Positions 49,080 through 61,997 of a stretch of DNA of 64,000 bases are shown piece by piece. The position numbers and the translations under genes are program-made. Positions within the stretch are counted from its first letter, which is position 1. Every line of letters begins with the position of its first letter. Under the pieces are notes generated by a model. That model was given only the letters and a program-made list of their open reading frames with translations. It was not told the origin of the DNA and did not search any database. The DNA lies in NCBI RefSeq assembly GCF_003704095.1, contig NW_020847750.1, positions 1 to 64,000 of the forward strand. The letters run 5' to 3'. Source of the DNA: Pocillopora damicornis (taxonomy: Eukaryota).

Positions 49080-51812
49080 TTAAATACAGAGACATGAGCA
49101 AAAATAGGAAAGCAACAAGATTCCTAATGAAGACATCTTCACCGAAGTTGCCTCACTCTTCGGTTTTCGTGGCTTACTGGTAGGCTCAGACGGGGAGATC
49201 TGTTCAGCGATTCTTTTCCCTTTCTCGTCTCCACTTAGATAAGCTCCTTGCATGTAGCCGAACCACTCATCGTGTGTCGCTTCGCCAGCAAAGTACAGTC
49301 GTCCCAGGTTTTTTCCAATGTTCTTCCAGTCTTCAGAAGTCATACCCACCACTGGCTCTGAAAATGCGCCTTGTGTCAGCGGTTCCTTTGACCAGCGGTG
49401 ATAGTATATATCTGGGGAAAATACCGTGAAAATACACTAATTTCATGTTGAAAAACACAGCTGTAGAACGTTCAGCATGCGCAAGAAGATCCATCAATTT
49501 TGTCTAGCCGTGCATTAATTTTCCGCGCAAAAAAGAAAGCAAAGGGAAAAACCGTTGTCACGCAAAATTTCTTTACAATTTTGCAGTGTAGCTTCACCGA
49601 AAAAGTGAAGTGCTTTTTAAACGCCGTAACTTACTTGCTTGTGTGGTATTTAGACTTTTAAGACAACTCGGGACTAATACAGTTTGACTGCCTCTCGGCC
49701 GTTTCAGCGTTCGCACTGTGTAATATCTCCAGCCACACTGTCATTGTGCTGACAGTAAAGATTAATTCTTGTTGCAAAAGAGCTGACCTCAGCCAATAAG
49801 ACTAGCCACCTTCTACCAGTGTAGGCATTTAAGTGTTGTTTTTTTGTCTTATAATCCTGAACTTCTTAGTTTCTATTGAACCAAATACTGTAAAAAAACA
49901 GGCAAGCAGTGATTTTGAATGATCACAGACTATAGCCCTTACCCGTAGCTTCAGGGACGCCCTCTCCATAAACCTGCCGCAGTATTTTCATGATCTCTGC
50001 CTTTGTTTCATTAAATGATTGCCCCTCAATCCTTCGTCCTTCGGTTCCAGTTACCATAATTTCTAACATTCCGCTGTCAACAGAATATACCCCGGGTCTT
50101 GACAGGTCCTGCCACACAGGGAAACGCCCGCGCTCTTTGGAAGCGTACAAAATATATTCGCGATCATCCCAGAACTTTTTTGGAAATTTCAGGTAAATTT
50201 TTGTGTATATCGATAATGGGTTTTTATAAATGGCCTCTTTTTTCCAATCTGGAAGGGCTGGCTCGAAAGTAACCAAGTCGCTGGCCAGAACTCCGGAGCT
50301 GAATGTACAAAGAGCGTAATCTGCCTGGTAACTCCAACCATCGGAGGTCTGAGCTTCAACCGAATCCGGGTTTAGCTTGATTTTTGTGACAGTTTTGCCC
50401 AATAAAGTCTTCTTTTCCAGTGGCTTATACAGATCTTCAAACATAGACCACACTCCTCGCTCATCAGTCACCAAGAACTCTTCTCCAGGAACAAACAAAT
50501 TGTAGAAAGAAACTTCTTCTGGAGGTTTTGCGAACTCATAGTCTAATTCAAAATATTCAATGGCTCTTTCTATGGGCCGTTTTCCTTCCCATCCCATCAG
50601 TTGAAGACCAACGCGGGCAGGCATGTCGGGAAAGTTCTTTGTTCTTCTTTCATCTTGGAAGTCTTCAATTTTGTTTGTCACTTTGTCATCAAACTCATGT
50701 AAAACAGCAAAATCGGTGACATCTCTGCCATCTTCGTCCCTACAAAATTCATGAGAAATGACGGTAAAAAGTTCAAAGTATAACCAAATGTCAACGCAAA
50801 TTTTCATCTCTCTCTGTTTAATGGTCTCCACGAGGAAAAAAAAATTGCAGTGAGTCACTCAGAAACTCTTATAGATTATGGCATTAAAACGTTTGAGTAA
50901 TTAGTTTGGTAGCTACTTAGTTGGTTAGTTTGCTGGTTTGCCTTGCTTTGTCAGGTATTGTCTTTTAGAGTAGTGCTTCCAGACTCATGACTGGAGCTTA
51001 CATATTATCCATACACAGTTAAGTTTATCTATTCAATCGTCTCGGAGCGTGGAGCGCGGAGCGTGGAGCGCGGGGCGTGGAGCGCGGGGCGCGGAGCGCG
51101 GGGCGCGGGGGACAGCTAGGTGCCGATCAATATCTCAAGTCTTGGGTTCATGTAAAGGGTAAAGAAATCGAGGCTATCAAGCCTTTGATTTACATCTTAC
51201 TAAGATAAGCAGACGGCTACAGAGTTCTCTTTGTTAAGATGGAAAAAGTTTAGCTTTAATGCTTTGTTGGTTTTCTTTTTTTTACAAGTAATTTTTTTAC
51301 CTAAAAGCAGTGTAAAATCCTATATCTAGAAAGTCATGTTCGCAATGTTTTTTAAATTAATAGGTTGTCCTTTTTCATAATTCAGTTCCAGCCCTTCCTA
51401 TTTTGCAATTTTTCTAAAATTTTCAGCTTAATCGAAGTTAAAGCAACCTATCTTACCTCACAATAATGTTTGAATAATTATATTTGTGAACACGAACACC
51501 TCTCGCTTCCTTTCGTTCCACCAATGGTTTGGTGTCATCTTCATTCATAAAGTGAATCCAGTTTGCTCCCGTTTCAATCGTGTAGTTTGCAAATTTCACA
51601 GCATGTATTCTACCCCCAGTGTAATTCATCCCTTCCAGAATCAGAATGTCGGTGATGTTTCTGTCCAGTAGCGTTTTCGCTGCTTTAATTCCAGCGAGTC
51701 CAGCGCCAAGAATAAGGACTTTAGTTTTGCTTTGTTTTATTGGTGAAGACAAAGATCTGTCCACCAGAAACAGAAAACTCACAAGCAGGATGATCTTAAT
51801 CATGATGTACAT
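49080..51812 (-). CDS. Secreted, probably GPI-anchored FAD-dependent polyamine oxidase, copy A. Exons 51812-51457, 50739-49943, 49411-49080; 494 aa
   Basis: Signal peptide; VLILGAGLAG, GGRIH, GANWIH, DYEFAKPP, YTKIYLKFPKKFW, RRIEGQS..ETKAEIM, LYFAGEAT, GYMQGAYLSG; hydrophobic C-terminus SSLGILLLSYFCSCLCI; phases 2 and 1 verified. Confidence 0.92.
51044..51111. repeat. GC-rich heptamer microsatellite (GGRGCGY)x9 in intron 1 of oxidase copy A
   Basis: Directly visible. Confidence 0.9.
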
Positions 51813-52600
51813 TCTGTAAATGAACAAAGAAACTGATGATCAAAAGAGGATAAATAGCTCCTGAGGATTATTAAACTGGAGAAATATCCTCCTATCACAA
51901 TTCCGGAAAGAAATGTAGCATGTATTTTCTCTGCGTCACGAGGTTGCTTAAGCGTTGTCTATTTGGTGTTTTATTTTGTTTACAAAGTATGTTAATTATA
52001 TTCTGGACATTTCTATACCAAAGTCTGATTCTCTTTTGAAGTTTTAAAGAACCTTTCAGTGGCATTTTGATTAAAATTTCTGACTGCCGGCAATTTAGTC
52101 CATTCAAGACCGAGCAAGGCAATTTGATCAGGGGCGTAGTGACATCAACTGAGCGGTGTTGTAGTATGCACAAGCTTTCTCTTTTAAAAAAGCAAATCAA
52201 AGTTTGGAATCGCTTTACTTTTCTAATTAAACATCTAATATTCTTAAGAAGTTTGAAAGAAGGTTTCGGTGGAAATTCTGTCAAAATTTCTGACTGCGGG
52301 CCATTTAGTCAAATTGAGACCGTTCCCGGCTGCCGGGCATTTAGTCGTAGCGAGTTTTTTATGCCTGCTCAACCCCTGACAATGGGTCCTGCGCAGAGGT
52401 CAAAACTTAATTGGCTTTCACTGTTGAGAGTCCTTATGGCAAAATATTTCCACTCCTGACAGACTGTGAGAAAAAATGAAACTCCGAGATTCCGGGAGCA
52501 TAATGTGGAGGACAAGACTTATGACGCACGCCAAATTTCAGCGAGTTTCGCCTTCTAGAGATGATCAATTTTTGGAGAGTCATTTTTCCATCACCACGAC

Positions 52601-53032
52601 GCATTTTACAGCTTTTCGAAAAGCTCTCTCGAGCGTGATGGGGCGAATGAGTACTCCATGCAAAGAACCGAAACCATAACAAATGCAAATATCTTTTCTG
52701 AATTTTCACAAACTTCGATAAACAGCTATTATCAAACTCATGAAAGTGGAAGCAAGGCTGATCTGTAACTTCATCAGAAACTTCCTCTACATCTTTTTTT
52801 AGGTTAAAAGTGCATTTTAAAGCTTTTCGAAGCGGCTCTCTCGAGTGTGATGGGGCGAAGGAGTACTTCATGCGTAAAGAACCTAAAACCATAACAAATG
52901 CAAATGTATTTTTAACTGTTCTGGATTTTCGCAAACTTCGATTAACAGCTAATATCAAACTAATGAAAAGTGGAAATAAGACTGATATGTAACTCCATGA
53001 GGAACTTCCGCTTAATCTTTTATAGGTTAAAA
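52601..53032. repeat. Tandem duplication (about 211 bp period) in the oxidase intergenic spacer
   Basis: gcatttta.agcttttcgaa..gctctctcgag.gtgatggggcgaa.gagtac...aacttcga..aacagct...taggttaaaa occurs twice. Confidence 0.85.
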
Positions 53033-54262
53033 CTAAATATACCCCAAAAGCATTGATTTCAACACATTCGTTACTGACCCACCTAAGGCGCCGACCTTTA
53101 CGTGATCTGATCGAGATAGTTTTCTGTCGTAGCATAACAACATGAAAATAGTATGATTGTGTTAATGCTTCAACCAACTTTTGTACCTTACTCACAATAG
53201 TCTCATCCGTAGCGGGTTTGATTCATCACCTGAGTTTTTCACTGGACGAACTGACCGACCTTAAGTGTGTTTTTAATCAAAACATGTTTTGTGCGTGGTC
53301 ACTTATTGACCTCCATTTGATTTACATTAGAGCTTCACTCAATCAAGAGGACCTCGAGTCCCCCAAGCCAGCCACATTTGTCGACTTAGCTTCTTATCCA
53401 GAACTCAGTGATCAACAAGATTTCGTACGCCTAGACGTCTAAAATTTTGTGAATTTACGCTTTGATGTTTTTAAACGCATAACAGCGAAACCACCCCAAA
53501 GTCCGTAAGCTTTTGCATATAAATCCGTATAAGTATTTTAATTCTTTCAGGAGAAGAGAGATATAAGTAAGGGCAAAGCATAATTTACTTACTTTAGTTT
53601 GACGCGTCTCGATCTTTCAAATTTTCTTCTCTAAGTTTGCGATGTTTTCATGCAGATCATTCTGAAAATTATGCAAATTACGTAAGACACTCATCGAGGT
53701 AAGTGCAAAACTTGGCATGTTTAAGGTTTAGGAAAGCGTTACCTTCGTGGGTCCGGCGTCGCGGGTGAAAATTTGCGCGAGCAAAAAGAGGAAAATCGCA
53801 ATATAATTAGCGTTTTAGCCTCCATTTGGTGCAAAAATATTTTTGGATATATGTCTACGACAATATTTGTTTTGAGAGGCAAATAGTTCACCGAGAAGAA
53901 AACGGTAAGCCTCGAGACAACTTTTTCTTCAAAGTTGATACAGGAATATATCTATCACAGGCTTTTTAATAGGAAGGATTTTGTAAAATGAACCTGTGTG
54001 ATGGAATTGCAAAAGGCGTTTACTTTTATTCTACTTCAATGTCTGCTTAGTTACTTTCGAATTTAACTGCACCAGAGTACACTACTACATCTAGTGGTTC
54101 CTCTATGCAACACGAATGTTTCATCAAAGTTACAGTTATGTCACTCTATCAGTCAATAAGGGCTGCTCTAGGGCTATCAAGGTTAATAACAAATCTCTTG
54201 CCGGCTTGATGAATTGTTTTACTTCCACATGATTATAAACCAAAGAGGGAGCAACAAGATTC

Positions 54263-55735
54263 CTACTGAAGACACTTTGGTGGGGTTGCCTCACTCTTTG
54301 GTTTTCCCGGTTTTCTGGAAGATTCACTTGGAGAGATGTTCTCAGCGATCATGTTCCCTTTCTTGTCACCGGTCAGGTAAGCACCTTGCATATAGCCGCA
54401 CCAGTCTTCGCTCGTCGCTTCGCCAGCAAAGTACAGACGTCCCAGGTTTTTTCCAATGTTCTCCCAGTCTTCAGAAGTCATACCCACCACTGGTTCTGCA
54501 TATGCACCTTGCGTCAGCGGCTCCTTTGACCATCGCCGATAATAGATATCTGAAGAAAATATACAATAGTTATGTCAAGGAGAGTACTTGCATCATGATG
54601 TGGGAGACCCGCAGACTCTAATGGTAAATATCTTTGTGCAGTGAATAAAACTAGCCAGAACTCAGTCTTTTAGGGTGACATTCCGATTGGTTCGTCTTTT
54701 CTTGCTTGTTTTCAGTCTAGTTTAGTAATAATCAAGGTTTTCAAGGCCACAATTTCGTGTCTTAATTTTGTTGCTTTCTGTAGGGATAATTATCGGCAAA
54801 GGAAGAGACATACATTTATTGAAACTATCACGAAATTATCTCCCCACCTGACAATATTTTTTTTGACTACGTTCAGAATGAACGATATGATATGCTGATT
54901 TCTGGTTAAAAGGAACCCTGCAAAGCTGAACTATTGCCCTTTACCTGTCGCTTCAGGGATGCCATTCCCGTAGATCTCTCTCAACATTCCCATGATCTCC
55001 GCCTTTGTTTCATCAAATGATTGCCCCTCAATCCTTCGTCCTTGAGTCCCTGTCACAGTAATCAGTAACATCCCACTCGAAACGGGAAAGATCCCAGGTC
55101 TTGACAGGTCCTGCCACACAGGGAAACGTCCGCGCTCTTTGGAAGCGTACAGAATATATTCGTGATCATCCCAGAACTTTTTTGGAAATTTTAGAAAAAT
55201 TTTTGTGTAAGGCGACATCGGGTTTTTATAAATGGCCTCTTTTTTCCAATCAGGAAGGGCTGGCTCGAAAGTAACCAAGTTGCTGGCCAGAACTCCGGAG
55301 CTAAATGTACAAAGGGCATAATCTGCCTGGTAACTCCATCCATCGGAGGTTTGTACTTCAACGGAATCCACATTATGCTTGATCTTTGTGATTAATTTGC
55401 TCAGCAAAGTCTTCGCTTCCAATGGCTTGTAAAGGTCTTCGTACATGGACCATACTCCTCGCCCATCAGCGATGAAAAAGTCTTTTCCGCGCTCAAACAT
55501 GTTGTAAAAGGAAACCTCCTCTGGAGGCCTCGCAACCTCGAAATCGAAGTTGAAATATTCAATAACGCTTTTTATGGGTTGTTCAGCTGACCATCCCATC
55601 ATCTGCATACCAACACGGGCGGGGAAGTCTGGCTGGCCCTTCCTTTTTAGTTGGTAGTCTTCAATTTTGTGCTCGATTTTGTCATAAAACTCACGCAGAA
55701 CTGCAAAATCAGTGATATCGTTTCCTGCTTCGTCT
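54263..55735 (-). CDS. Polyamine oxidase copy B, exons 2-3 (55735-54945, 54549-54263); C-terminal hydrophobic tail out of frame
   Basis: Paralogous to copy A (YTKIFLKFPKKFW, LYFAGEAT, GYMQGAYLTG); ends EATPPKCLQ*; exon 1 lies beyond the gap at 55847. Confidence 0.88.
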
Positions 55736-55946
55736 CTACAAAAAATAAAAACAATTGTAGGTTTGCAAGAGCAACAACTTTTGAACGTTTTATCGGCGTA
55801 CCTTGGAGGGATACTCATCTCAAAATGGATATTCGAATTCAGTTTCNNNNNNNNNNNNNNNNNNNNNNNNNNNNNNNNNNNNNNNNNNNNNNNNNNNNNN
55901 NNNNNNNNNNNNNNNNNNNNNNNNNNNNNNNNNNNNNNNNNNNNNN

Positions 55947-56007
55947 CAAAGTGTCGTTAGTAGGAATATTGTTGCTCCCTCTTTGCCTTATAATCGTGTG
56001 GAAGTAA
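55947..56007 (+). CDS. 3' end of another polyamine oxidase paralog (hydrophobic tail only)
   Basis: KVSLVGILLLPLCLIIVWK*, followed by sequence homologous to the copy B 3' flank (reverse complement of about 54100-54280). Confidence 0.65.
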
Positions 56008-59000
56008 ACAATTCATCAAGCCGACAAGAGATTTGTTATTAGCCGTGATAGCCTTGGAGCAGCCCTTACTGGCTGATAGAGTGGCAAAACTGTAACTTTG
56101 ATGAAACATTTGTGTTGCATATAGGANNNNNNNNNNNNNNNNNNNNNNNNNNNNNNNNNNNNNNNNNNNNNNNNNNNNNNNNNNNNNNNNNNNNNNNNNN
56201 NNNNNNNNNNNNNNNNNNNNNNNNNNNNNNNNNNNNGGGTAAGGTGCAGTAAAATTCGAAAGTAATTAAGCAGGCTTTGAATAGAGAATGCTTCATTTTT
56301 GTGGGTCGCCCCTGTACTTATTATCTGCAGATAGTCCTGTGCAAGTACTAACTGCTCTCNNNNNNNNNNNNNNNNNNNNNNNNNNNNNNNNNNNNNNNNN
56401 NNNNNNNNNNNNNNNNNNNNNNNNNNNNNNNNNNNNNNNNNNNNNNNNNNNNNNNNNNNNNNNNNNNNNNNNNNNNNNNNNNNNNNNNNNNNNNNNNNNN
56501 NNNNNNNNNNNNNNNNNNNNNNNNNNNNNNNNNNNNNNNNNNNNNNNNNNNNNNNNNNNNNNNNNNNNNNNNNNNNNNNNNNNNNNNNNNNNNNNNNNNN
56601 NNNNNNNNNNNNNNNNNNNNNNNNNNNNNNNNNNNNNNNNNNNNNNNNNNNNNNNNNNNNNNNNNNNNNNNNNNNNNNNNNNNGGGTACTCACCAGGTTG
56701 CTATGTCAACCCCAACACCATGTTTTACTTAATGTGACAAAAAAGGCCTACAAAGGGGGAGAGGAGGTCACAGGAACCTCAGGACCCCCCTCCTCAAGCN
56801 NNNNNNNNNNNNNNNNNNNNNNNNNNNNNNNNNNNNNNNNNNNNNNNNNNNNNNNNNNNNNNNNNNNNNNNNNNNNNNNNNNNNNNNNNNNNNNNNNNNN
56901 NNNNNNNNNNNNNNNNNNNNAGGGCAAAAAACAACTCCTGCGTCAAACTTGAAGAAAAAGTTATTCCGAGACTCACCGTTTTCTTCCTATTAAAAAGCCT
57001 GTGATAGATATATTCCTGTGTCAGACTTGAAGGCGAAGTTCTATCGAGGCTCACCGTTTTCTTCTCGGTAAACTNNNNNNNNNNCAAATCAAATGTTGTT
57101 GAGGACAAATATCCGAGAATATTTTCGCGCCAAATGGAAACTAAACGAAAATGATATTGCGATTTTCCCCTTTCTTACTCACGCCATTTTTGANNNNNNN
57201 NNNTTTACCCATGACGCCGGACCCACGAAGATATTGCTCTCTCAAAGCTTAAACATGCTAAGTTTTACACTTACCTCGATGAGTGTCTTACGCAATTTGC
57301 TTAATTTCCAGAATAATCTGCATGAAAACATCGCAAAGTTAGAGAAAAAACTTTGAAAGATCGAGACGCATCAAACTAAAGTAAGTAAATTGTGCTTTAC
57401 CCTTACCCTTAAACCATTCGTCTCCTGAAAGAATTAAAATACTTATACAGATTTATNNNNNNNNNNNNNNNNNNNNNNNNNNNNNNNNNNNNNNNNNNNN
57501 NNNNNNNNNNNNNNNNNNNNNNNNNNNNNNNNNNNNNNNNNNNNNNNNNNNNNNNNNNNNNNNNNNNNNNNNNNNNNNNNNNNNNNNNNNNNNNNNNNNN
57601 NNNNNNNNNNNNNNNNNNNNNNNNNNNNNNNNNNNNNNNNNNNNNNNNNNNNNNNNNNNNNNNNNNNNNNNNNNNNNNNNNNNNNNNNNNNNNNCAAATT
57701 GAAGTCATTAAGTGACCACCTACAAAACATGTTTTGATTAGAAACACACTCAAGGTCGGTCAGTTCGTCCAGTAAAAACTCAGGTGATGAATCAAACCCG
57801 CTACGGATGAGACTNNNNNNNNNNAGGTACAAAAATGGTTGAAGCATTAACACAAACATGCTATTTTCAAGTTGTTAAGCTTACGACAGAAAAACTATCT
57901 CGATCAGATCACGTAAAGGTCGGCGTCTTAGGTGGATCAGTAATGAATGTATAGAAATCAATACTTTTGGGGCATATGCACTTTTAACCTATAAAAAGAT
58001 GCAGAGGAAGTTTCTGATGGAGTTACAGATCAGTCNNNNNNNNNNTTTTCATTAGTTTAGTTTATTATCTGTTTATCGTAGTTTGCGAAAATCCGGAAAG
58101 GTTAAAAATACATTTTCATTTGTCATGGTTTCGATTCCTTACGCATGGAGTACTCCTTCGCCCCATCACGCTCGCGAGAGCTTTTCGAAAAGCTTTAAAA
58201 TGCGTCGTGGTGATGGNNNNNNNNNNNNCCAAAAATTGATCATCTCTAGCGGGCGAAACTCGCTGAAATTTGGCCTGCGATATAAGACTTGTCCTCCATA
58301 TCATGCTCCCGGAATCCCGGAGTTTCAATTTTTTTCTCACAGTCTGTCATATTTTGCNNNNNNNNNNNTCAACAGTGGAAGCCAATCAAGTTTTGACTTC
58401 TGCGCAGGACGCCATTGTCAGGGACGGAGATGGCATAAATTATTCGCTGCGACTACCGTAATTTCCGGCCGTTTACCCGCACGGCCGATTACCCGCACCG
58501 GCCGATTNNNNNNNNNNNNNNNNNNNNNNNNNNNNNNNNNNNNNNNNNNNNNNNNNNNNNNNNNNNNNNNNNNNNNNNNNNNNNNNNNNNNNNNNNNNNN
58601 NNNNNNNNNNNNNNNNNNNNNNNNNNNNNNNNNNNNNNNNNNNNNNNNNNNNNNNNNNNNNNNNNNNNNNNNNNNNNNNNNNNNNNNNNNNNNNNNNNNN
58701 NNNNNNNNNNNNNNNNNNNNNNACTTTTTGGTGGCAAAAACGTGACATTAAAGTTAAAACATTTCAGTCTTTTTAGAGTTGTCTGATCTAACTTGAAAGC
58801 TTCTTTGTCGAGTTTAAAGGTCAAAGAAATTCAGACGCGTGCANNNNNNNNNNNNNNNNNNNNNNNNNNNNNNNNNNNNNNNNNNNNNNNNNNNNNNNNN
58901 NNNNNNNNNNNNNNNNNNNNNNNNNNNNNNNNNNNNNNNNNNNGACGACTCTACGCCTCTGATCAAACTGCCGGGCTCGGTCTTGAGTAGACTTTATTCC

Positions 59001-59269
59001 CGACAGTCGGAAATTTTAATCAAAATGCCACTGAAAGGCTCTTTCAAACTTCGAAAGAGTATCAGATTTTTGTATAGAAATGTCCAGAATATAATTCACT
59101 TACTTTGTAAGCAAAATAAAGCACCAAATAGACAACGCTTAAGCAACCTCGTGACGCAGAGAAAATACATGTTACATTTTTTCCAGATAAGAGGATATTT
59201 CTCCAGTTTAATAATCTTCAGGAGCTAGTTATCCACTTCTGATTATTAGTTTCTTTGTTCATCCACAGA

Positions 59270-59625
59270 ATGTACATCATGTTTAAGATCATCCTGCTTG
59301 TGAATTTTCTGTTTCTGGTGGACAGATCTTTGTCTTCACCAATAAAACAAAACAAAACTAAAGTCCTTATCCTTGGTGCCGGACTTTCTGGAATTAAAGC
59401 CGCGAAGACGCTACTGGACAGAAACATCACCGACATTCTGATTCTTGAGGGAAAGAATTACACTGGGGGTAGAATACATGCCATCGAGTTTGCGAACTAC
59501 TCGATTGAAACAGGAGCGAACTGGATTCATTTCGTAAATGACGGAGAAACCAAACCTATCGTGGATCGAAGGGACGCAAAAAAAATGCAAGGTCTTACCT
59601 CTAATTACTCAGACATATTGGTGAG
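59270..59625 (+). CDS. Polyamine oxidase coding exon 1 (signal peptide + FAD-binding start), probably the missing exon 1 of copy B on a flipped contig
   Basis: MYIMFKIILLVNFLFLVDRSLS...VLILGAGLSG...GGRIH...GANWIH; 356 nt with a phase-2 donor, identical in length to copy A exon 1. Confidence 0.88.
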
Positions 59626-60170
59626 GTAAGACGATTGGAATAAGTGGAGATGTGCATAACTAGATTTCTTTGAAAGGGCTTATACACAGAAGGAGTACAA
59701 ACTTCTTGTGAGGTCTCTAGCCACCTCTTCCCCTTCCTATGATAACTCGTAGCAGATAAAAGTCCGAAATGTGTGGCGGCTTTTAAAAATTGCAAGTAAC
59801 ACAGTTTCCATATGTTTACCGTCCAGGTGAACATGAACAAACTACGATTGCATTTATTTAATTTGCTTCAGCCATTTTAAATTTGAAAGAACTGACAACG
59901 TACTTCTTCACGACCACACCCCTGTCAAGTCTTCGTAGACCGTACCATCAAATTATCCTTTAGTCTATTTCCCTCAATTTCGTTTCCAGGACTACTCTTG
60001 TTACTAGTAATTTTTTTTTTCTCAGAAAGCGACTTTAAAATCGAGTGGAAACAAGAATGCTGGACATCAGNNNNNNNNNNNNNNNNNNNNNNNNNNNNNN
60101 NNNNNNNNNNNNNNNNNNNNNNNNNNNNNNNNNNNNNNNNNNNNNNNNNNNNNNNNNNNNNNNNNNNNNN

Positions 60171-61600
60171 ATTCTTAAGAAGTTTGAAAGAACGTTTCGG
60201 TGGAAATTCTGTCAAAATTTCTGACTGCGGGCCATTTAGTCTAATTGAGACCATGCCCGGCTGCCGGGCATTTAGTCGTAGCGAGTAATTTATGCCTGCT
60301 CAATCCCTGACAATGGGTCCTGCGCAGAAGTCAAAACTTAATTGACTTCTAAAGTTGAGAGTCCTTATGGCAAAATGTTTCCACTCCTGACAGACTATGA
60401 GAAAAAAGAAAAAAAATGAAACGCCGGGATTCCGGGAGCATGATGTGTAGGACAGGACATGTAGCACGCCAAATTTCAGCGAATTTCGCCCGCTAGAGTT
60501 GATCAAATTTTGGAGAGTCATTTTTCCATCACCATGACGCATTTTAAAGCTTTTCGAGAAGCTCTCTCGAGCGTGATGGGACGAATGAGTACTCCATGCA
60601 AAGAACCGAAACCATAACAAATGAAAATATCTTTTCTGAATTTTCACAAACTTCGATAAACAGCTAATATCAAACTCATGAAAAGTGGAAGCAAGGCTGA
60701 TCTGTAACTTCGTCAGAAACTTCCTCTACATCTTTTTTAGGTTAAAAGTGCATTTTAAAGCTTTTCGAAGCTGCTCTCTCGAGTGTGATGGGGCGAAGGA
60801 GTACTCCATGCGTAAAGAACCGAAATCATAAAAAGTGCAAATGTATTTTTAACTGTCCTGGATTTTCGCAAACTTCGATAAACAGCTAATATCAAACTAA
60901 TGAAAAGTGGAAGTAAGACTGATATGTAACTCCATGAGGAACTTCCTCTTAATCTTTTATAGGTTAAAACTAAATATACCCCAAAAGCACTGATTTCAAC
61001 ACATTCGTTACTGACCCACCTAAGACCCCGACCTTTACGTGATCTTATCGAGATAGTTTTTCTGTCGTAAGCATAACAACATGAAAATAGTATGATTGTG
61101 TTAATGCTTCAACCATTTTTGTACCTTACTCACAATAGTCTCATCCGTAGCGGGTTTGATTCATCACCTGAGTTTTTCACTGGACGAACTGACCGACCTT
61201 AGGTGTGTTTTTAGTCAAAACATGTTTTGTAGGTGGTCACTTATTGACCTCCATTTGATTTACATTAGAGCATCACTCACCCAAGAGGACCTCGAGTTCC
61301 CCCAAGCCAGCCACATTTGTCGACTTAGCTTCTTATCCAGAACTCAGTGATCAGCAAGATTTCGTCCACCTAGACGTCTAGAACTTTGTGAATTTACGCT
61401 TTGATGTTTTTAAACGCATAACAGCGAAACCACCCCAAAGTCCGTTAGCTTTTGCATATAAATCCGTATAAGTATTTTAATTCTTTCAGGAGAAGAGAGA
61501 TTTAAGTAAGGGCAAAGCACAATTTACTTACTTTAGTTTGACGCGTCACGATCCTTCAAAGTTTCTTCTCTAAGTTTGTGATGTTTTCATGCAGATCATC
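60171..61600 (+). repeat. Near-identical direct copy of spacer 52240-53660 (further array unit or uncollapsed haplotype)
   Basis: Colinear match by eye, including the 211-bp internal duplication. Confidence 0.9.
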
Positions 61601-61754
61601 TATCACAGGCTTTTTAATAGGAAGAAAATGGTGAGTCTCGGAAGAGCTTTTTCTTTAAGTTTGACGCAGGAATTGTTTTTTTGCCCTTCCTCTAGCATAG
61701 ACTCAGTAAATAATGGGGGATTATGATAAATCTGTAACCTTCGAAGGTTACTAG

Positions 61755-61997
61755 TGTAACGGAGAAGACAATCCGAACGCACAATATATATCACGGTTTA
61801 ATCAAATGAAGTACGTAATCAAAAGTACGAACGGAATAAGGAGATCGGTGTGAAATCGCAGATGAATAGGGCGAAGTAAAGATTGAAGATAGCGTAGTTA
61901 TGATTGATGGTAACGTTGAAGCTGAATTTGTGTGGTTCGAACTAAAAGAAAATGCAGCAGAAACTAAACTAAGAAAATATCCCTGAGAAATGTAACA
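61755..61997 (-). mobile_element. Solo LTR (243 bp), probably Gypsy-type, with a 4-bp target-site duplication
   Basis: CTAG|TGTAAC ... GTAACA|CTAG; TG..CA ends; ATTAAA about 45 nt before the 3' end on the minus strand. Confidence 0.7.

Noticed and set aside
52434-53195. 253-aa ORF in the oxidase spacer
   Set aside because: No domain motif, it spans a noncoding tandem duplication, and the frame is not preserved in the near-identical copy at 60.2-61.6 kb.
58455-58507. taccgtaatttccggcc followed by short repeats, a possible Tc2/pogo-like terminus
   Set aside because: It runs into a gap; the other end and target-site duplication cannot be seen.
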